A DNA stretch of 64,000 nucleotides from positions 54,622,001-54,686,000 of the forward strand of contig NC_092349.1 of assembly GCF_963676685.1 (NCBI RefSeq), read 5' to 3'. Positions 14,001 through 26,161 of this stretch are shown piece after piece (the first letter of the stretch is position 1; each line of letters starts with the position of its first letter). This DNA comes from Mytilus edulis. Taxonomy: Eukaryota. The notes beneath the pieces were generated by a model. It was not told the DNA's origin, made no database searches, and was given only the letters and a program-made list of their open reading frames with translations. Both the position numbers and the translations under genes were made by a program.

Positions 14001-14962
14001 GTTCTCCTTCATGGTTATTTGTCATTTGCTAATAATCAAGAAGTTTTTTTTATGTACCTTTTTATAAGGCACTGATAATGACAAAATGGAGTGGATTAAC
14101 ATCTAAAAAAAATAGTTTAAGTCTTTTACCTATCATGTGTCTCAGGAAAGTTGACTCTATTGTGTTATATCTGAACTATGTTATCTGTTGTTATTCCTAG
14201 CATTGGTGTTGAAAATAAACTCATCAAAGATACCAGGATTATTTTCAAATCAGATTTCATTTTCTGACTTGTTTATCAGTTTTTCAAAACTAGTCTAACA
14301 GAAGTATGACAAGCGTGATGTATTCACCCTTAAAAAGTTTGGGCAACACCAAATGTCTGTGGTTGTTATACGAAGTAAATTAACAAAACTACCGAACTCC
14401 AACAAACATTTAAACAGAATGCCAAATGACAAAAATCAAAGCTTGTTAAAACAAAAATATTGTAGAGATAAGAATACAAAAACATGTCTTAACTTCATTA
14501 TTTTCCGATCATTTAAGAAAATTCATGTTTTGAAGTTTACATATAGAATATTAGAGGTAGTAAAAAATTAGCAAAAACCGTATAGCCGTATAGTGGTTAA
14601 TTCCCTGTTTTGAATGATGCAGGGAAATCGCGAAAAAATAAGTTCTACGAACATTTATTGGTGCTTTCTAACAGCTTGATAAACGATACAGTTATAACCC
14701 CAATTATTTGTATACTTTGTATACACCCGCTAAATAATCCATACGGTGATTGGGACAGAAATCGAGCTATCTTTGAAGGGTAACTATCTGTCTATCACCT
14801 GACAGAGATAATATGTATATTTTTCAGAAAATAAATCAAGATTCAAGAGGTTGTAAATATGAGGCTGGTAAAAATGATAAGCTTACCATTTGCCTGGCCA
14901 GGAATGCTCTGTGCAAACGAGAAAGAAGACGGTGTCGTTGGGTTAATAATGAAACATGTTAG
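8050..14962 (+). CDS. TIMP: Tissue inhibitor of metalloproteinases, paralog B (5 exons, 202 aa)
   Basis: Exons 8050-8167, 9244-9353, 10037-10139, 13824-13966, 14828-14962. All introns are GT-AG, phases are consistent, total 609 nt. Signal peptide followed by CSC...HPQSQFCSANY-VFYGKV...WKYTF..IFKMK-G...SALCGVRF..GKSYILMG...IGLCNY...YNLNC. The mature protein has 12 Cys. Confidence 0.93.
10450..10562. repeat. Hairpin/palindromic repeat (Crypton-associated type)
   Basis: 40-bp inverted arms GTGGATTATCGGATTTATCCAATC..GATAGTTAAATTAT with ~3 mismatches around a ~33-nt loop. Confidence 0.65.
12810..13811. mobile_element. Tc1/mariner (pogo-like) MITE, ~1 kb, in TIMP intron 3
   Basis: TA|CAGTGAAACCTGGGTAAACCGAAC ... 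GTTCGGTTTGGACAGGTTTCACTG|TA. Confidence 0.85.
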
Positions 14963-16468
14963 CATGGTAAAAATTAATCATTATTTACGTAAATGATTGA
15001 TCAGTCTATGAAACTTCCTGATGTACTTGTAAATTAGTATTTTATCATTAAAATATTGTTGTTTTAATTTTTTTAATTGTCAAGTTAATATTGTAATTCC
15101 ATGTGGTAAAATACATATCACAAAAATCAAAATCAAAATCCGGAATTTATCAAACATTTGGAAGAAAATCTGTTATATTCCTTATGACTTCGTCCCGGTT
15201 TTCTTTAGAAATATGTTTAGCCTGTAAAGAAGATCTACAAAAAGTGTAACTCAACTGACAATAGTTCACATTTTAGACACTTAGAAAATGTGTGTCAGGA
15301 TCTTGATAGCCTTACAGCACACCTTATACCACCCCTGTTCTTGTTTGGATTGTTGTTACTCAGTTTTTAATGTGTGTTATGAATACCGTTTTTTTTATTT
15401 TTTTCTCTCGCCTTTCATATTTTTGAATAAGTACGTCGTTATCTACTCGTTTAGATTCTTCTTATGCGTTTGAACCATCAATTATTGAATACATGACATT
15501 CGAAAAATATGTAAGCTTACTAAAGTTAATCGGCTTATATTGTAATATTATACAGTAGTTCTGAATACAGAACTAGATTCCCTGATAAATCTTATCATCA
15601 AGCAGTCGATTTATTCAATAAGCTGTGCAGTTAAACAAATTGACTTTCTGTCTGTTTCCATTTGAACAAACTTAAGTGTTATGTAGACGAAACGTGCATA
15701 TGGTGTACTAAAATATAATCCTGACAATATTTTGAACTTAGACATGTATGTCAATTTGCAAAAAATGCCATCTTTGTTTGACCAGCTCCTTATCCTTTGG
15801 TATTTGTTTTCTTCTCTCTTTTCTATATAGATTTAAATGTAAACATGCTAATTGTAGACAAGAAGTCGCCTTGTTTTAATGTACTCCTCTATGCCATCTA
15901 AACCCAGTTAAATAGATATCGGGATCCAACATGAGGCTAAGACATTATTGAAGGATCATGATTCAGATGGAGTGTTAGAATTAAAGATTATACTACTGGG
16001 AGAGAGAGAGCGCATTACATAGCTAAAGGCGGACGTTAATGTAATGTCAAGGACACCAGGATATCCTAAAAAAAGTTCAAGGGGTCAAAGGGTGTAATTA
16101 CTTTTAAAAAATCTTCTTATAAACCGAATAAAGAACTCAATGTGTGATTGAAGAGGTTAGAATTTGACATTGACACATATTCCAGTGGAAAGTTTCAGCG
16201 CGCAGGTATTTCAAAATAATATACATTGCAAGTAAAAGGAGTCTGCTGGGAATAGAGTTTCATTTTATTATTCAAATTAGTAAATATATACATGTCTTGC
16301 CTTGATATTGGAACATGTCCCACTTTCACGTTCTTCGTTGCAACATCACATCCTTGACTATCCCCTAAAACATGTATGCAAATGTTTTACTAATCCAATA
16401 TTTAAAAATATGAGGATGTACTTTGCCTATTGCTGTAAATGTATTCGATAGCGTAAAGAATTTCTAAG

Positions 16469-16586
16469 ATGTCTTTTAAAATCCTCCTGCCGATTATTGT
16501 TTTAGTCTTCGAAACAAGTGATGTCGACGGGTGTTGGTGTGTTGGCAATCCCCACCCTCAAGATCAATTCTGCTCAGCAGCTTACG
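16469..16586 (+). CDS. TIMP: TIMP paralog C, exon 1 only (orphan/partial)
   Basis: MSFKILLPIIVLVFETSDVDG-CWCVGNPHPQDQFCSAAY-G|gtaagt. Same 118-nt length and phase-1 donor as exon 1 of paralog B. No downstream exons recognised. Confidence 0.85.
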
Positions 16587-17039
16587 GTAAGTTTTACAAA
16601 ATGAAACCGGACATTTATATAACTTTGCAAGGCTATTTGATAGTTTGAATTGAAAATGTGCTATTTAAGTTATGCGGATATACAGTATTGCACTTCGTAA
16701 TGCAATGATATACTACCGATTCAGTTGGTTTTTTTTACCAAGAAATGAGGAGTTTCAAAATAGAACCATATTTGAAATTACTGTTATTGAAAGAAACGAA
16801 TATATACATGTACGTACAAATGGGTGCGGTCCTAACCTGTACAGCAAGTTAACTTGATAACCAGTCATTCAGACCGGTCAGAGTTAACCTGGGACCGGAT
16901 TTAGGACTGCTCTGACCAGTCCTAGGACCAAAATCTAGTTAACTTAAAAGCGGAATTGGTCATAGGACTGTTGTTGTGTCTGCCGAAACAGGTTTCCTAT
17001 TGATATAAAACAGCCAGCGATAAAACCAAAAAGTTTGAC

Positions 17040-18066
17040 ATACGGGACATTTTAGCACCATCTGCTGCAAACTTTATTTGAATTACATGTATCTCTAAGC
17101 CGTCTATATCATGTCTAGTTTCTTAAAACGTGAGTTGAGCACCCGGACTTTTACTAGGGGTATGAGTTGTTGTTATCCTGACGACATTGTTTTATCAAGT
17201 ACGACCTTGGAAGTCCGTTATTGTACACAGCAAGTTCATGACAGAAACACCAAATTTGTCAAGAACATACAAAAGACTGTTAACCTTATCTTGCTCCGTC
17301 TCTGGCATCTGGTCATACCTGCTAACAGGTTTTGTGTTTTTTAAGAGGTCATGAGTATAACCTGCTGGGTCGACTACCTTTAACTCTTGTAAATCAACCC
17401 CAAACGATTTAGCAAACCATAGAGCCTTGTTTACCCTCTCCTTACGAATACTAATATTTTTAGTTGACTGTTTTCTACTTTTGCACTCTGGTTTTGTCTT
17501 ACCTTTATTAACTAGAGGGCTTTGTACGTTTTCAATGTACTTATTTAAGGCTGTATTTGCCTCTTCATACAACCTCAATGTTTTCTGATAGTCATCAGAC
17601 TTTAATTTGAAAGAGTTTAATTGTTTTTCTGTTGTCGAAAGTTCGGCATATAACGAGTTCAGCTTGCTATTATAAGTCTACGTTCTTTTGCCATTAATTC
17701 ATTCTTAGAACACATTTCATCATTATACGCGTCCCTCCCTCGCGAACCGGTTACACGCCTATCTTTGAGTTGTGTTCTCCGGACAGCTGAAAAAACCTTG
17801 GTTCAAAAGTAACGCAGTTTTCTTTAATCGGACAGACACTCTTTTTCAAATCATCATTAATTATGTGTATTGGCGAAATATGTGTCTCACTGTAAATGTT
17901 GTTTATGTTAAGAATTGTTCCCGTATCTAGAAGGAGTGTGTATCCATGCTTTTTTTTGTGTGTATCGTTTAGCTTTGAAGAATCCCCGTTTTACGTTTCT
18001 GTTGTAGTATCAATTACTCTTGATGATGATGTAAAGTTAGTGTTTTTATTAATTTGAAAAGCCATT
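17040..18066 (-). pseudogene. Degenerate N-terminal part of a DNA-transposon ORF (family uncertain)
   Basis: Broken ORF starting MAFQINK at ~18066, with coiled-coil and KALWFAKSFGVDL...SLLYVLDKFGVS segments (17195-17578). Several stops and frameshifts. A structured terminus-like region lies at 16810-16990. Confidence 0.45.
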
Positions 18067-18084
18067 TTCACTGAAAAGGTTTAT

Positions 18085-19270
18085 TTAAATGACAATGTTC
18101 ACTACTTCCCTCTCTGTTCCGAATTCAATTTTTACAAACTTTACTTTGGCCTTTGCTTAGATAACATTAGAGAACCATTTCCTGGAACTTCAAACTTCTT
18201 TTTGGACCATCGAAGAATTGGTTTTACATAAACTTAAACCTTGATTCTTCTACCTTCCCCTTGGTTTAAATAAAAAAAAAAACAACATCCCAGCCATGAG
18301 GGAATAATACATTATCGAAGTCTGATTTCATATATAAATTATCAGGTTTAGCCTTCAAAATATTTCTGAAAATGTTGTGTTTAAGTTTTATATAGAAATG
18401 CGAGCCAGTTCTTACATACAGTCTATCTTGAAATGCAGTCAAACTACTGTCACTGACGTCTTGTAGTTGAATAGGTGGCAGTGGTTGTGTTGGTTCTCTG
18501 AACTCTTGGATCAGACAAGCAGGTAAATGATCAGCTGGTTCCCACGTGCACTCATATGAAGAAAATCTAACCCATTTCACTAAGTATTCCTCACACTATG
18601 AAAAGAAAAAAAGTATCTCCATTTATTATTTAATGAATAATCTTTGATATTATTAAGTTTTTTATCCTTTAATTTCATAAGATTTGTTAAACAACTTGGG
18701 AAATAACACTATGCATAAGTGTCCATGCACCCATCCCCTTTTTTTGTAATAAAAAGAAAAAGACTTTTTCACACACGCACATACATTCTTTTAAATTTTC
18801 ATTTAATAAATAAAATCTTCTTACATGTATGTGTTTTTTAGAAAGTATCAATCGAATTTCAAAATGAATTGGCACAATCCAATTTATTCCCTTTAAGCGC
18901 CTTCTTGTACCGGCAACCCTCCAGTAGCGAGTTGCTTGCCTTTACATTTATAAATCGTTGATTTAATTCAATTAATACTTGTAGTTATGAAGCATTATAT
19001 TAACAAGTTTTAGCATTGAATAGTCAGCTAGATGTATGTTGTCTTTTAAATTGACTTTTTTAGTCAGACTCACTCAAGGTCATAATATCAAAACCTGACA
19101 GAAAAACAAACCCTTTTCATCTTGCAGCATGCAATGATCCGCTCGATATCATAGGTTTTGGGAAGAACTTATCTCCTTTCGACTGTTTCTGTCGCTGTAC
19201 GGTCAGGGCCACTAAAGTGTCCGTAGGCAATCCGTTTGAAATCAATTTTCCTTTTACGTGTGTTTGGCAT
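18085..19270 (-). pseudogene. Spliced chromodomain-protein pseudogene within a transposon relic
   Basis: Exon 19270-19112 (MPNTRKRK...RR*VLPKTYDIERIIACCKMKR|gtttgt) joins via catag| at 18595 to CEEYLVKWVRFSSYECTWEPADHL, matching the chromodomain consensus. It has an in-frame TAA and a poly-T frameshift. Confidence 0.75.
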
Positions 19271-20936
19271 GTGTTTTTTTTTAGTAAATAAAAGGGAGAT
19301 AACTCGCACAAAAAGGGCGGATTAAGCATAGGTCACATGATTTAGCTAATGAATAAAGTACCCGCAATTGTGCCGTATGCGTTAATTGAACTTATCGCAT
19401 GATTAATCACTCGAAAGAGCCCGAACTACACTCGAAAAAAATGGACCAAATCACTCGAAAAACCACGATCCTAGCCGGACACTATCTCTACCGTGTCTCT
19501 TTTAAATAGAAAAGGGTTTTACTTATGTCAAAAGATTGAATATTTTCGGCGAATGAATAGAGCAGTCCCTGTCCGAGTGCGGCATTCTCTTACTTAGTAG
19601 ATATGTCTTTGACAAGCAATACTGTCAGTGTCTTTAACGATGCCATGCACAAAAATGACAAAAATTAAAAACAGTACTGTCCCTGCTTACAATGTTACTA
19701 AAAGAGTGTAGGTTTCAGCTCGAGAGATCCCAGTGAAGACATTTTTTTCAGTTAAAAAATTTGAGGTGCACAGTCTACAAAATGGAACAAAAGTTGGGAA
19801 TCGGATGCTCGTCTTGGCGTATACTCATCCCTCATAATAAGCTCTCCAATCTAACTAAAATTAAAACCTTGCTTTCTAACAGATCTATTCATGTACCGGA
19901 CCGGCAACTTTATTTATTTAATAAGAAAATCTACAGTGCCGTTATATGCATGCTGTCTGCTTGGAGTCCCCGCACGAAAAAAAAAACTAAGCGTCTTAGC
20001 TTTCTACACACAAAATAAGCTTGGCGCCATGAAATAGCAAAAACGGTTAAAAGTAGCGTTAAAGACTAACAATGAATACATCAATCATTGTATATATCTT
20101 TATAGACGTTTCCCACACATATTATATAGCTAGTTTTGTTAGACACGAATCTATTTATTTGAAATTGAATTTGACAATAGCTTTTTTCCCGCATCCTATA
20201 CTGATGAATTCGAATAACACTGTAATATATGTGCCGCTGGACATGACAAAGCTTAACCTTTAAACATTTTGAATAACAAGGAAAATGGATGAATTTTAAA
20301 GCAGGACTGTTTTCAAAAGTTAGACAGCAATTATAGCGGGAAGCAATAGGTACTGAGAAGATATTTAACATTTTAAAGGATTGGGCAATAGCTTAGGGTC
20401 CTGTCATTAAAGTTTGGTGTATCCATCATATTGCATATGTGGCAACCTTTTGCTTTAGTCTTTAAACATTCTAAACTTTTTTAAAGTCATTCAAGTTCAA
20501 TTACAAACTTACCGTCGACACCTTATAATGTAGAATATCTATTTTAAATAGAAAAGGGTGTTACCTATGTCAAAAGATTGCAAAATTTCGGAGAATGAAT
20601 AGAGCAGTCCATGTTCGAATGCGGCATTCTCTAACTCAGTACATATGTCTTTGACAAGCAATACTGTCAGTGTCTTTAACGATGCCATGCACAAAAAATG
20701 ACAAAAATTAAAAACAGAGTACTGTCCCTGCTATTCTGAAGAGTGTAGGTTTCAGCTCGAGAGATCCCAGTGAAGACATTTTTTTCAGTTAAAAGCTATG
20801 AGGTACATGTACACTCTACAAAATGAAACAAAATTTAAAAATCGGATGCTCATCTTGGCGTATACTCAACCCTCATAATAAACTCTCCAATATAATTAAG
20901 ATTAAAACTATACTTTGCAACAGATCTATTCATGTA

Positions 20937-21539
20937 GAGTGGGGTGGTCATTTTCGCCGGGGACACAATTTCGCCGTTTAAGGATTTTCAGGTGTAAAAA
21001 CTTCACAGGATGGCTGAAATGGAAGAAATGTACCCGTAAATTATATTTTTATAACAAATATAATATTTTTTTTAAACTGAGACAAAATTGCGGCTCCTAC
21101 CGAAAATGACTGAAAAACAGACAACGATTTTCGGACAATTTCCTGAATAAAAAACACGATTTCAAAGAAGTATTTCTAAGTAAGTATTTGACTGAAGGCC
21201 CTAATTTTGAATTCTTTATACCTTTGAAATGTCTGCTATTCATCTATAATGCAATTGATTTGATAAAAATTGTTAAAAGCTGCGGTTATTTGGTTTTAAA
21301 TAGATGTGTAAAAACGGCGAATATGTGTCACCCATTGACAAAACATCCGGAAATTTCAAACACTCTTTAATCTAACTTTTCAGATGATTTTCTTAAAACA
21401 AACCGGTTTTCAAGCTTAAGTATATTTTGCATTTGAAGTTATCTTCATATAGAAATATCAGTATACTTCAAAAACATTTAGACCTGAACATAAACTGTAG
21501 AAAACATGGAAAGATGTGGCGAAAATGAGCACCCCACTC
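20937..21539. mobile_element. MITE with 22-bp TIR and TA TSD
   Basis: TA|GAGTGGGGTGGTCATTTTCGCC ... GGCGAAAATGAGCACCCCACTC|TA. The empty site CATGTACCGG is seen in the neighbouring units (~19890, ~23210). Confidence 0.92.
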
Positions 21540-22391
21540 TACCGGACAGGCAATTTTATTTATTTAATTAGAAAATCTACTGTGCCGTTACATGCATGTT
21601 GTCTGCTTGGAGTCCCTGCACGAAAAGAAAGAAATAAGCGTCTTAGCTTTCTACACACAAAATAAGCTTGGCGCCATGAAATAGCAAAAACGGTTAAAAG
21701 TAGCGTTAAAGACTAACAATGAATACATCAATCATTGTATATATCTTTATAGACGTTTCCCACACATATTATATAGCTAGTTTTGTTAGACACGAATCTA
21801 TTTATTTGAAATTGAATTTGACAATAGCTTTTTTCCCGCATCCTATACTGATGAATTTGGATAACACTGTAATATATGTGCCGCTGGACATGACAAAGCT
21901 TAACCTTAGTTTAATCATTTTGATTAACAAGGACAATGGATGAATTTTAAAGCAGGACTGTTTACAAAAATTAGGCAGCTATTTAGGCTGAAAGCAATAG
22001 GTACTTAGAAGATATTTAACATTTGAAAGGATAGGACAATAGCTTAGGGTTTTGTCATTAAAAGTTAGTGTGTCCATCATATTGCATGTGTGGCAACCTT
22101 TTGTTTTAGTCTTCTTAAAACATACTAAACTTTTTTTTTTTATCTTTATTATTAAAGTAAAGATAAATAAACAACTAAACTCTTTAAATGTATTCAAGTT
22201 ACATTACTGACTTACCATCGACACCTTATAATGTAGAATATCTATTTTAAATAGAAAAGGGTGTTACCTATGTCAAAAGATTGCAAAATTTCGGAGAATG
22301 AATAGAGCAGTCCCTGTTCGAATGCGGCATTCTCTAATTTAGTAGACATGTCTTTGACAAGCAATACTGTCAGTGTCTTTAACGATGCCCA

Positions 22392-22967
22392 TATGACCAG
22401 GTTGTTGGTCATCTCTGTCATATTAATTAGTTTCTGGGGGAAACTAGCGGTAGTTGAGATAAAGTCCAAGTCGCTGGAAAGTTTACATATTTATTTCACA
22501 TCCATATATTTCAAATATTAAAACATAACTGAATAACAACATACAAACAAATATAAAATACAAATTCAAAAGACTGATTGACATACGGAAAATGAACCAA
22601 TCAAATATCTTTTTATTAAATAATATTAATTCGCGTTTTGCCGAAAGCGGGGATTACGGATTAAAACATGGTTCGTATAAGTTTGTCAAGAATAGCTTTC
22701 GGCATTTATCACTTAGTGTCAAATTATCTATATTCTTTATCACAAAACCTTTTATCTTAAAGACGGATATAAATCTTTGATAATTGATCTAAATGAAAGG
22801 ATTATAGTTAAGTGTAAAATACAAGTAACTTTTGAATAGCGTAAAATACAATAAACTAATAAATTATTAAAACGCAATAAGGACTCGGAATAATAATAAA
22901 AAGCATAGATTAAAGAAATATACAAAATCCTAAATGTGAACTTTGAACGAACAATTGTCGGGTCATA
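22392..22967. mobile_element. 576-bp insertion with short TIR (TATGACC) and apparent CCA TSD
   Basis: CCA|TATGACC...GGTCATA|CCA. The empty site GATGCCATGCAC is present in units 1 and 2. Confidence 0.75.
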
Positions 22968-23451
22968 CCATGCACAAAAATGACAAAAATTAAAAATAGA
23001 GTACTGTCCCTGCTAAACTGAACAGTGTAGGTTTCATCTGGAGAGATCCCAGTGAAGACATTTTTTTTCAGTAAAAAGATATGAGGTACACAGTCGACAA
23101 AATGAAACAAAAGTTGAAAATCGGATGCTCGTCTTGACGTATACTCAACCCTCATAATAAACTCTCCAATCTAATTAAGATTAAAACCTTGCTTTCTTAC
23201 AGATCTATTCATGTACCGGAGCGGCAACTTTATTTATTTAATAAGAAAATCTACAGTGCCGTTACATGCAAGTTGTCTGCTTGGAGTCCCCGCACGAAAA
23301 GAAAGGAATAAGCGTCTTAGCTTTTTCTACACACAAAATAAGCTTGGCGCCATGAAATAGCAAAAACGGATATAAGTAGCGTTAAAGACCAACAATGATT
23401 GAAATTGGGGATCAGAATAAATTTGTTTAAGAAAAAAAAAAAACCATAACC

Positions 23452-23729
23452 ATTTGTCTCAGATTCCCCCCCCCCCCCCCCCCCCCCCCCCCCCTTATAT
23501 ACCTTAATATAACACAGGCACTTGTCTCAGAATTTTTTTCCCCTATATATACCTTAATATGGCACGTGTTATAGTAAGGTATATATAGGGAAAAAAATTC
23601 CTGAGACATATTAATGTATATAGGGGGGGGGGGGGGGGGAATTCTGAGACATATTAAGGTATATAGGAAAAAAACATTTCTGAGACATATTAAGGTATAG
23701 GGAAAAAAATTCTGAGACAAGTGCCTGTG
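23452..23729. repeat. Foldback minisatellite with poly-C/poly-G runs
   Basis: Units TGTCTCAGAAT..CCC..TATATACCTTAATAT on the left and their reverse complements on the right. Confidence 0.7.
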
Positions 23730-23861
23730 GTTTACATGACAAGAAAGTAAGGCTTCTATAGCTATATTAATAACCTCTATGGATTAAAACATGGCAAAGA
23801 AGAAAAGAAAAGAAATGTAAATTGGATTTAAAAAAAACAAAACCAAACGATTAGGTAAATA

Positions 23862-24085
23862 TAAACTCATCAAAGATACCAGAACTGAAATTTTGTGTTT
23901 GCGACAGACGAAGGAGTTTTGTCTACACAAGACTCATCAGAGACGCTCGAATCATAAAATGTTAAAAAAGCCAAATAAAGTACAAAGTTGAAAAGCATTG
24001 AGGAACAAAACTTCCTAAAAGTTTTGCCAGATACAGCTTTTAAAGGTAATCTATAAAATGATTCCTTATAGAAAAGCCTCAATAT
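23862..24085 (-). mobile_element. Retrozyme-like repeat fragment (degenerate hammerhead)
   Basis: Reverse strand GAGCGTCT-CTGATGA-GTCTTGTGTAGAC-AAAA (GAAA mutated). Same family as 2893-3306. Further copies at ~8415-8510 and ~32805-32980. Confidence 0.65.
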
Positions 24086-24554
24086 TTCTAAAAGATTGAA
24101 ATTGAAATTCCCGCCATGATTTACCTATGTATTAAAGGTAGATAATTTATGTATTTGAAGGTTAATATTTAGAATGTTAACAAAAGTATTATTTCGGATT
24201 TGTGTGATAAAAAGAACACGAAATATATTGACCTTGGCTTCAGCGAGACACAGAACAGGTATTTTTTTAAATATTTAGTTACTACATGTGTCAGCGAGGA
24301 CCTGAAATAGCCATCACTATGCATCCCAAGTTTGTCACCAAGCTATAGCTACAATTTCCAAGTGAACCTTATTTTTCGGTCATAAATCTTACTTTTGAAT
24401 GCTAACATTGTGAGCCTATATCCCCCCCCCCCCCCCCCCCCACCCACAGCCACAGACAACAAAGGGAAGGTTGCAGATGTAAATTTAAGCATCGTAACAA
24501 CCGTTCGAAGCCAGAAACCGTCTCCTTTCTTAAAGTAAACATGCAGTGGTTTAT

Positions 24555-26161
24555 CAGGTTGGGCTCAAGTCATGAAACATGGGGTGGTGCCAGGTTTGTG
24601 GGATGAACACGTTTTTCTGGGGTCGAAAAACCCCACAAAACTGGGGTAAAAAACTTCGTTCATAGTTTTCACATAAACTGTGAAAAACCGCACCATGTCA
24701 GCTGTTGCGGTAATCTTTATCCAACATGAACTTTTGTTTACGTTAAGTTGTTTGCCATGGCAATATTTATTCTTTTGTGTAAGTCTCAGGACAAATGGGC
24801 TTCATAACCGGAAGTGTCAACATCAAGTCATTTATCAATAATATCATATCATTTCTTTACTTTCTAGACAAATTGTCTTTCTCACTAACTTTGCCGACTG
24901 ACATTACTCCATCTTGAACAACAATGCATGAGCAGTATGAAACAAAGCTTTCTATTGGTTGATTAATCTTTTGACTTTTGTTAAATTCTATGGAGGGCAT
25001 AAATAACAGAACAATACCAAAAACTGTTTTTTCATTTTGTATCGGAGATGCTGAAATTATCTCCCTTTGCAAGAATAAAGAATGACTCAAAATGAACTAT
25101 ATTACTGTGTAAGAACATAATAATTAAGTGAAGATGTAAATAAACCAATCTTATGATGATTTAAAATATAGTTTCCAACTTACTATATATTTTATAGAAT
25201 ACTTTTGCTATTCTTATGGAAGAATTATACCTTTTAAATGAACTTGTTGAAATAGAGTTATAAAAGAAATACAAGAAAAGCTTATAATCGATCATAGAAG
25301 GGCGTTAAAGTCAGTCAAATTTGATAAAAACTTGTGTGTGTGGTTGATATACAATAAACTACATGCTGTCACATATCAATACAGATGTCAAATCCTATTA
25401 TAACAAAGAAGCATTATATACATACATTATTATAAAAGAAGAATTGTGGAGTATATAAGAATAAAAAACATGTTAATAAAATTGAGAATGGAAATGGGGA
25501 ATGTGTCAAAGAGACAACAACCCGACCAAATAAAAAAAAACAACAGCAGAAGGTCACCAACAGGTCTTCAATGTAGCGAGAAATTCCCGCAACCGGATAA
25601 CTATATTCGAAGAAAGAACAGACACAACTAAATGTTTTTATTCAATCTTTATATTATAAACTTTATATATACATTCATTACTTCTTTTGTAGTTTCTCCA
25701 AAAAGGGGTGACTGGTTACATCTCCCTTGCATGGTCGTTTACAAGCATTTTGTTATATTTCTATTATAACTCTATTTTAACAAGTTCATTTAAAAGGTAT
25801 AATTCTTCCATAAGAATAGCAAAAGTATTCNNNNNNNNNNNNNNNNNNNNNNNNNNNNNNNNNNNNNNNNNNNNNNNNNNNNNNNNNNNNNNNNNNNNNN
25901 NNNNNNNNNNNNNNNNNNNNNNNNNNNNNNGACTTACACAAAAGAATAAATATTGCCATGGCAAACAACTTAACGTAAACAAAAGTTCATGTTGGATAAA
26001 GATTACCGCAACAGCTGACATGGTGCGGTTTTTCACAGTTTATGTGAAAACTATGAACGAAGTTTTTTACCCCAGTTTTGTGGGGTTTTTCGACCCCAGA
26101 AAAACGTGTTCATCCCACAAACCTGGCATCACCCCATGTTTCATGACTTGAGCCCAACCTG
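24555..26161. mobile_element. Foldback DNA transposon with ~730-bp TIRs and 5-bp TSD, spanning the assembly gap
   Basis: 24555-24785 is the near-exact reverse complement of 25931-26161, and 25197-~25282 matches 25742-25830. TTTAT flanks both ends (24550-24554, 26162-26166). Termini CAGG...CCTG. Confidence 0.85.
25831..25930. other. Assembly gap (100 N)
   Basis: Run of N. Confidence 1.

Larger units (their letters stand above)
19500..23398. repeat. Tandem array of ~1.04-kb units (~2.6 copies) with nested insertions
   Basis: Unit start TTTAAATAGAAAAGGG at ~19501, ~20543 and ~22246. The near-identical ORFs 20072 and 21719 are copies. Confidence 0.9.

Noticed and set aside
16469-16586. Apparent frameshift in TIMP-C exon 1
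   Set aside because: On recount the C-run is four bases (CCC CAC), so the exon is in frame and 118 nt like paralog B.
20072-21943. Duplicated ORFs MNTSIIVYIF...
   Set aside because: They are by-products of the 1-kb tandem repeat, with no protein motif.
25708-26151. ORFs spanning the N-run
   Set aside because: Artefacts of translating through the gap inside an inverted repeat.
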